39,201 nucleotides of DNA from an uncultured Nitrospiraceae bacterium. Its GTDB lineage: Bacteria; Nitrospirota; Thermodesulfovibrionia; Thermodesulfovibrionales; Dissulfurispiraceae. A program made the position numbers and the translations under genes. This document shows, in pieces, positions 33,766-39,201 of this stretch. The DNA is taken from the NCBI GenBank assembly GCA_947085205.1, contig CAMTVO010000062.1, positions 1 to 39,201 on the forward strand. Direction: 5' to 3'. Positions within the stretch are counted from its first letter, which is position 1, and every line of letters starts with the position of its first letter. The notes beneath the pieces are model-generated. The model had not been told where the DNA came from and ran no database searches. It saw only the letters and a program-made list of their open reading frames with translations.

Positions 33766-35030
33766 AGCAGCAGTATGACAGATGGATATTGTTCATAGTG
33801 CTTCTGCTTATACTCATCGGACTTATGGCTGTTTATAGTTCTACTTCGATTATGTCGCCCGACATGGTCGAGAAGTATCGTAAGAAAGGTATGGCAATAA
33901 GCCAGTTTGGTTTTCTCAAAAAGCAACTCTTTACTGTACTGTTAGGCATAATCGCCATGTTTATTGCCTACAAAATTCCTCTAAAATATCTGAAAAAAAT
34001 GGTCATACCTCTACTCGTAATATCTCTGGTCTGTCTGGTGATGGTTTTTACGAATTTCGGCATCGCTGCAGGCGGTGCGAGGAGATGGATAAGGATATGG
34101 CCATCAGCCTTTCAGCCTTCGGAGCTTGTGAAGCTTTCGATGGTCGTATTCCTCTCGTGGTATATGAGCCAGGCAAGTTATAAAAAAGACAAATTCTTGT
34201 CGTTTGCCGTTCCTGTAGGCATAATGGGCGTTTTTCAAGTAATATTCCTTAAACAGCCCGACTTCGGCGCTGTCATAAGTCTCGGCCTTCTTACAATGTC
34301 CCTTCTGTTTTTATCCGGCATAAGGCTTAGATACATATTTTCGCTGGGTATTATAGCAGTGCCTGTAATCATCAAGTTTGTATCAGAGCCTTACAGATGG
34401 AGGAGAGTAGAGGCGTTTTTTGACCCTTGGAAGGATGCGCAGGGCAGTGGGTTCCAGCTTGTCCAGTCATTTATAGCCCTCGGAAGCGGTGGACTTAATG
34501 GGGTAGGGTTGGGAGAAGGAAAGCAAAAGCTCTCGTTCCTTCCGGAAGTGCATACAGACTTCATCTTTTCATTGATAGGAGAGGAGTTAGGCTTTATCGG
34601 CGTGGCTTTCGTGGTCTTTTTATTCTTTATCATGTTCCTTAAGGGCATTGCAATTGCAAGAAGGGCGTCTGACCCATTCGCTTACTATCTTGCCTTCGGA
34701 ATATCCATAATGATAGCTGTTCAGGCTGTTATCAATTTTGCCGTTGTCACAGGAATGGTGCCAACAAAAGGTCTTCCACTACCGTTTATAAGCTATGGAG
34801 GCTCGTCGCTTCTTGTCAACATGACCGCCATAGGTTTGCTCCTGAATGTATCAAAGCTACAGTCTGTTAGAGGTTTGGCAGACTCCAAAGCTCACAATAC
34901 AAGCTCTTCAATCCCGGATTCGGCCATTCGGAAACCCGCGCCTGCCGGGTATAAGCTGTCAGTTAATTACCGCCTGAAATGGCAGAGAGGACATGGATAC
35001 AAGAGATATAGTAAAATTAAAAGGACATAA
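33762..35030 (+). CDS. ftsW: SEDS peptidoglycan polymerase FtsW
   Basis: GARRW, FQPSELVK, QPDFG, LPEVHTDF, PTKGLPLPFISYGGSS. Confidence 0.96.
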   Translation: MKQQYDRWILFIVLLLILIGLMAVYSSTSIMSPDMVEKYRKKGMAISQFGFLKKQLFTVLLGIIAMFIAYKIPLKYLKKMVIPLLVISLVCLVMVFTNFGIAAGGARRWIRIWPSAFQPSELVKLSMVVFLSWYMSQASYKKDKFLSFAVPVGIMGVFQVIFLKQPDFGAVISLGLLTMSLLFLSGIRLRYIFSLGIIAVPVIIKFVSEPYRWRRVEAFFDPWKDAQGSGFQLVQSFIALGSGGLNGVGLGEGKQKLSFLPEVHTDFIFSLIGEELGFIGVAFVVFLFFIMFLKGIAIARRASDPFAYYLAFGISIMIAVQAVINFAVVTGMVPTKGLPLPFISYGGSSLLVNMTAIGLLLNVSKLQSVRGLADSKAHNTSSSIPDSAIRKPAPAGYKLSVNYRLKWQRGHGYKRYSKIKRT

Positions 35031-35065
35031 TTTCCCATTATTTTACTTATTTTTCAGGGTGAACT

Positions 35066-36223
35066 ATGAAAATAATAATTGCAGGCGGAGGCACTGGAGG
35101 ACATCTCTATCCGGGCATAGCGGTAGCCGAGGAGTTCCTTAACAGGAGTCGGGAGTCGGGAGTCAGGAGTCAGGAGTCGGGAGTCAGGAGTCAGGAGTCA
35201 AAAGACAGAATACAAAAAACTGACATAGTCTTTGTCGGTACAGAGCATGGAATAGAGGCCCGCGTTATCCCCAGAGAGGGTTATCCCATAATGTTTTTAA
35301 AAGCAGAGGGATTAGTCGGAAAATCTTTGTTGAAAAAGATTAAGGCGTTTATTGCATTTGTCATTTCGATTGTAGGAGCTTACCGGATACTGAGATCCGT
35401 CAGGCCGGATGTAGTAATAGGCGTGGGAGGCTATGCGTCGGTCGGGATGGTTCTAACAGCGCATTTAAAAGGGATTCCGACAATAATACTTGAGCAGAAC
35501 TCTGTGCCGGGGTTTGCAAATAAATTTCTTGCCAAATTTGTTGATGCAATCGCTTTGACTTATCAGGAGAGCATGTCATTTTTCCCGCATGACATATCCT
35601 ATTTGACCGGAAATCCTATAAGAAAGCGGATACTTGAGAGAGATGAAAAAAAGGCCTATTCATTATTCCCTCTTGAAACCGGCAAGTTTACAGTATTTGT
35701 ATTCGGCGGAAGCAGGGGCGCAAGAAGCATAAACCGGTCCATGATAGAGGCGTTGAATTACCTTCTTGATTTAAGGCAAAATATTCAATTTCTCCATCAG
35801 ACAGGGGAAACCGACTGCGAAAAAGTGAGGGATACTTACAGGAGGCTCGGTTTCAACGGCATTGTTGTGCCTTTTGTATACCAGATGGCAGAGGCTTATA
35901 CAGTCGCGGATATTGTGGTATGCAGGGCGGGCGCAACTACGTTATCGGAGATTACAGCCATAGGGAAGGCAGCCATATTGATACCATATCCGCATGCGGC
36001 ATCGAACCATCAGGAATTCAATGCGAGAAAGCTCGAAGATATGGGAGCAGCGAAGATGATACTCGACAGGGAGTTAAACGGAGAGACGCTTTCTGATGCC
36101 ATAAGGGAGCTTTATTCGGAAGAAAAGGCAAGGGAAGAGATGCAAAAAGCCGCTGCTGCATTTGGCAGGATAGATGCGGCAGAGAGGATTGTTGATATAG
36201 CAATGAGTTTGGTAAAGAAATAA
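35066..36223 (+). CDS. murG: lipid II GlcNAc transferase
   Basis: GGGTGGH, GGYAS, EQN, GNPIR, GGSRGA, RAGA. Confidence 0.96.
   Translation: MKIIIAGGGTGGHLYPGIAVAEEFLNRSRESGVRSQESGVRSQESKDRIQKTDIVFVGTEHGIEARVIPREGYPIMFLKAEGLVGKSLLKKIKAFIAFVISIVGAYRILRSVRPDVVIGVGGYASVGMVLTAHLKGIPTIILEQNSVPGFANKFLAKFVDAIALTYQESMSFFPHDISYLTGNPIRKRILERDEKKAYSLFPLETGKFTVFVFGGSRGARSINRSMIEALNYLLDLRQNIQFLHQTGETDCEKVRDTYRRLGFNGIVVPFVYQMAEAYTVADIVVCRAGATTLSEITAIGKAAILIPYPHAASNHQEFNARKLEDMGAAKMILDRELNGETLSDAIRELYSEEKAREEMQKAAAAFGRIDAAERIVDIAMSLVKK
35144..35220 (+). repeat. longest heptamer array, in murG
   Basis: (RGGAGTC)x8 at 35144-35199 plus degenerate AAAAGAC AGAATAC AAAAAAC; encodes RSRESGVRSQESGVRSQESKDRIQK. Confidence 0.92.
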
Positions 36224-36243
36224 TAGAGTATTGGAGTATTGGG
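36221..36243 (+). repeat. 8-mer array at the murG/murC junction
   Basis: TAATAGAG TATTGGAG TATTGGG, same family as the rsmH tail array. Confidence 0.65.
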
Positions 36244-36260
36244 TTTATTTGGAGGCAACA

Positions 36261-37649
36261 TTGTTTAATAAATATAGAATCATTCACTTTGTCGGTATCG
36301 GCGGTATAGGAATGAGCGGCATAGCAGAGGTGCTGCATAATTTAGGATATGAGGTTACAGGCTCTGACATAAAGGAATCAGAGACGACCAACAGACTGAA
36401 AGGCCTTGGTATAAAGATATTCATCGGGCATAATGCTGAAAATATCGACCATGCCCACGTAGTCGTTATATCCTCCGCGATTTCTCAGGCAAATCCCGAG
36501 GTTGCCGAAGCGAAACAAAGGTCTATTCCCGTTATTCCGAGGGCGGAGATGCTCGCGGAGCTCGGAAGGCTTAAATACGGAATTCTTGTCGCAGGAGCGC
36601 ACGGCAAGACGACCACCACATCTTTAGTAGCTACGGTGCTCGGAGAAGGAGGGCTTGATCCGACTGTTGTCATAGGCGGAAAGCTGAATTCCATGGGAAG
36701 CAACGCAAAGCTGGGGCAGGGAGATTATCTTGTCGCGGAGGCCGATGAAAGCGACGGCTCCTTCCTGAAATTGAATCCTACTGTTGCCGTTATAACTAAT
36801 ATCGACAAAGAGCATATGGATTTCTTCAAAGATATAGAACTGCTGAAGCACGCATTTCTTGCGTTCATAAACAAAATCCCGTTTTATGGAATAGCCGTAG
36901 TCTGCATGGAAAACGAATATCTGCGCGAGATAATCCCTCTTATACAGAGAAAGTTTATGACATATGGATTATCCGAAAATGCAGATATTTATGCTAAGGA
37001 CATAAAAAATTCGGGCACAAAAATGAGCTTTGAGGCAGTGTATAAAGGCAGGTCGCTCGGAATATTTACGCTGCCGGTACCCGGAAAACATAATGTGCTG
37101 AACAGTCTGGCTGCAATAGCTGTTGCCGTAGAGCTTCAAATTCCGGTGGATGTTATTGCAAAGGCATTAAGTAATTTCAGCGGAATACACCGCAGATTCG
37201 AATTTAAGGGCGAAGCAGGGGACATCAAGGTTTTTGATGATTACGGACACCACCCGTCAGAGGTGAAGGCTACGCTGAAGGCAGCGAGGGAATGTTTTAA
37301 CGGCAGCAGGCTGTTTGTATTATTCCAACCGCATAGATTTACGAGGACGAGGGATTTGATGGACGAATTTGCGGCGAGCTTTGCCACAAGTTTAGATAAT
37401 TCAGACAGGTTGTTTCTCATGGACATATACCCTGCAGGTGAAAAGCCGATAGAAGGAATAAATTCCGCACAGCTTTCCGACAGGATAGTGAAAGCAGGAT
37501 TTAAAAATTTAAGCCATATCCCTGACAGAAAGGAAATGGCCGAAACGATAATTTCAGAGCTTAAATCGGGGAATGTGCTTATAACTCTCGGAGCTGGGGA
37601 CGTGTATAAGATGGGAGAAGATATATTGAAAAAGTTAAACCTAAGTTGA
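36261..37649 (+). CDS. murC: UDP-MurNAc:L-Ala ligase
   Basis: HFVGIGGIGMSG, AGAHGKTTT, EADESDGSF, DDYGHHP, FQPHR; TTG start after RBS GGAGG. Confidence 0.96.
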   Translation: MFNKYRIIHFVGIGGIGMSGIAEVLHNLGYEVTGSDIKESETTNRLKGLGIKIFIGHNAENIDHAHVVVISSAISQANPEVAEAKQRSIPVIPRAEMLAELGRLKYGILVAGAHGKTTTTSLVATVLGEGGLDPTVVIGGKLNSMGSNAKLGQGDYLVAEADESDGSFLKLNPTVAVITNIDKEHMDFFKDIELLKHAFLAFINKIPFYGIAVVCMENEYLREIIPLIQRKFMTYGLSENADIYAKDIKNSGTKMSFEAVYKGRSLGIFTLPVPGKHNVLNSLAAIAVAVELQIPVDVIAKALSNFSGIHRRFEFKGEAGDIKVFDDYGHHPSEVKATLKAARECFNGSRLFVLFQPHRFTRTRDLMDEFAASFATSLDNSDRLFLMDIYPAGEKPIEGINSAQLSDRIVKAGFKNLSHIPDRKEMAETIISELKSGNVLITLGAGDVYKMGEDILKKLNLS

Positions 37650-37658
37650 GCTATTATC

Positions 37659-37820
37659 TAAGTCAGGCACGGCTCAAGGACTTTAAAAAGTGTTGTTTCA
37701 AGTGCAGCTATAAGATAATATATGCATTACTCAAAAAGTATTCAATGTTGTAGTATACGAATACAAGATAAATGTTTTTACAAGTGCGGAGTTTAAAGTC
37801 TTTTCGCCGCACCTGACTTA
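37659..37820. mobile_element. MITE-like element with 29-bp imperfect terminal inverted repeats
   Basis: TAAGTCAGGCACGGCTCAAGGACTTTAAA versus reverse complement of right end TAAGTCAGGTGCGGCGAAAAGACTTTAAA (24/29 identical); AT-rich non-coding core. Confidence 0.7.
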
Positions 37821-37852
37821 TATTTTTAAACTTATAATTGCTCAATTTGGGT

Positions 37853-38779
37853 ATGAACTATGAACTATTGAGGGATTTTTGTATTTCACGAGGCATCGAC
37901 ATCAGGTTCGATGAGCCGATGTCGATGCACACCTCTCTGAAAATAGGCGGCCCTGCCGATATTGCATTATTCCCTGATGAACCCTTCCTGCCTGAACTCA
38001 TAAAAATTCTTGCTAAAGAAAAAATCCCGTGTATTGGTATTGGCGGCGGTACAAATATACTCGTAAAAGACAGAGGTATCGAGGGCGCAGTTATTTTTAC
38101 ATCAAAGATGAATAACATAAAAAGTCAGCAGTCAGCAGTCAGCAGTCGGCAGTCCGACGAAGAATTTATTTTTGTTCAGTCAGGATGTTCTCTTAAAAAA
38201 GTTATCAATTTATGTATTGAGCATGGACTTTCTGGAATGGAAGGACTTGCAGGAATTCCGGGTTCTATGGGTGGCGCAATTGCAGGAAACGCAGGCTCCT
38301 TCGGTTGCGAGATAAAGGATGTAGTTAAATCAGTTAATTTATTAATGCCTGATGGGAGCATAAAAGAATTATCCGCAAGCGATATGAGCTTTCAGTATAG
38401 AAGTGCAAATATCCCTTCGGATTCTATTATTCTCAGCGCCGTTTTATCGCTTAAAAAAGACGAACCTTTTGAAATTAAAAAAAGGGTCACAGAATTTATC
38501 AATGAAAAGAAATCGAAGCAGCCTGTATCAAAGGCGTCGGCAGGATGCGTTTTCAAAAACCATAAGGATACAGCCGCAGGCAAGCTCATAGACGATGCAG
38601 GATGCAAGGGCATGAGGATCGGACACATAGAGGTCAGCGCGATGCACGCGAATTTTTTTGTCAATGCGGGGAATGGAACCTGCGATGATTTTCTGAGACT
38701 TATGGATATAGTGAGCAATAAAGTGAAAGAAAAGTTCGGCATCATACTTGAGCCGGAAATAAGGATTTTAGGAAGATAA
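37853..38779 (+). CDS. murB: UDP-N-acetylmuramate dehydrogenase
   Basis: IGGPA, GGGTNIL, GIPGSMGG..NAG, SAGCVFKN, HANFFVN, LEPE. Confidence 0.96.
   Translation: MNYELLRDFCISRGIDIRFDEPMSMHTSLKIGGPADIALFPDEPFLPELIKILAKEKIPCIGIGGGTNILVKDRGIEGAVIFTSKMNNIKSQQSAVSSRQSDEEFIFVQSGCSLKKVINLCIEHGLSGMEGLAGIPGSMGGAIAGNAGSFGCEIKDVVKSVNLLMPDGSIKELSASDMSFQYRSANIPSDSIILSAVLSLKKDEPFEIKKRVTEFINEKKSKQPVSKASAGCVFKNHKDTAAGKLIDDAGCKGMRIGHIEVSAMHANFFVNAGNGTCDDFLRLMDIVSNKVKEKFGIILEPEIRILGR
38123..38154 (+). repeat. heptamer array in murB
   Basis: AGTCAGC x3, AGTCGGC, AGTC; encodes SQQSAVSSRQS. Confidence 0.88.
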
Positions 38780-38820
38780 AATCATGAACATGTTTGCTAT
38801 AATATGAACATGGAGGTGGT

Positions 38821-38943
38821 ATGATGCACACAACGACTGTAAAGGACAAACATCTCAAGCTTGATCAGAGGAAGATCGACAGGGTTAAAAAAATCCATCA
38901 AAGATTTGCTGGCAACAGATTTAATAACGCTTGCCGATGCTGA
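38821..38943 (+). pseudogene. truncated antitoxin-like (RHH/VapB) ORF
   Basis: Strong RBS GGAGGTGG; KHLKLDQRKIDRVKKI then unrelated sequence and an early stop; upstream ATGAACATG direct repeat. Confidence 0.4.
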
Positions 38944-39135
38944 ACTTATCCCGCCCGCCGGATTTATTTAAAGATGTCTGGATAACCTCCGGCATCTTTT
39001 CAAGCCATTATCTCTTGGAACGATTGCAAATCACTGGTTAAAGGGTTTGATATTGAGGGAAAAATTGAGGGTGGAAGCGCCCCTTTATTTTAGCAGTAGC
39101 TTTTCGAATGAATTTTTTCAATTGCATGAGGTTGC

Positions 39136-39201
39136 ATGAAAAATTTTATTACCAACAGCGAGTCGAAGAATCTGAAAACACGCCTGCTTGAGTTAATCCA
39201 A
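39136..39201 (+). CDS. 5' end of a gene, possibly a PLD/SNF2-type helicase of a restriction system (partial)
   Basis: RBS GAGG; MKNFITNSESKNLKTRLLELIQ runs off the window; family call rests only on resemblance of the FITN N-terminus. Confidence 0.4.
   Translation, partial: MKNFITNSESKNLKTRLLELIQ

Noticed and set aside
35144..35199. Repeat arrays as CRISPR
   Set aside because: Units are 7-8 nt with no spacers, and no cas genes are present

Overview
Mostly housekeeping chromosome of a diderm, probably anaerobic bacterium; the gene set suggests Nitrospirota/Thermodesulfovibrionia-like, which is inference only. Left end: VapBC-type TA pair, YadA-type trimeric autotransporter adhesin, Cys-rich exported partner and XRE regulator. 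Middle: mtnP, tldD, lpxC (sigma54-type promoter), tsaC, a radical SAM enzyme, an arsR-dsrEFH-like operon, tRNA-Asp/tRNA-Val, L,D-transpeptidase plus Lpp-like lipoprotein, Zn ABC transporter, MFS, tsaB-rimI, larB, gpsA, bioF. Right: dcw cluster mraZ to murB, broken after murB by TA/restriction-like debris. Main signals the ORF track misses: (1) about 20 short 7-/8-nt tandem arrays, each with a different unit, mostly in frame within essential proteins (MurE/F/D/G/B, BioF), some as inverted pairs and one forming a signal peptide; (2) a DsrE/TusD homologue with an in-frame UGA at the catalytic Cys position (UxxC) followed by a SECIS-like hairpin, i.e. a probable selenoprotein; (3) two tandem 17- and 21-aa Lys/Ala/Pro histone-H1-like mini-genes downstream of a wHTH regulator with a degenerate nucleotidyltransferase domain; (4) a 162-bp MITE-like element and two small unannotated ORFs inside the dcw cluster.
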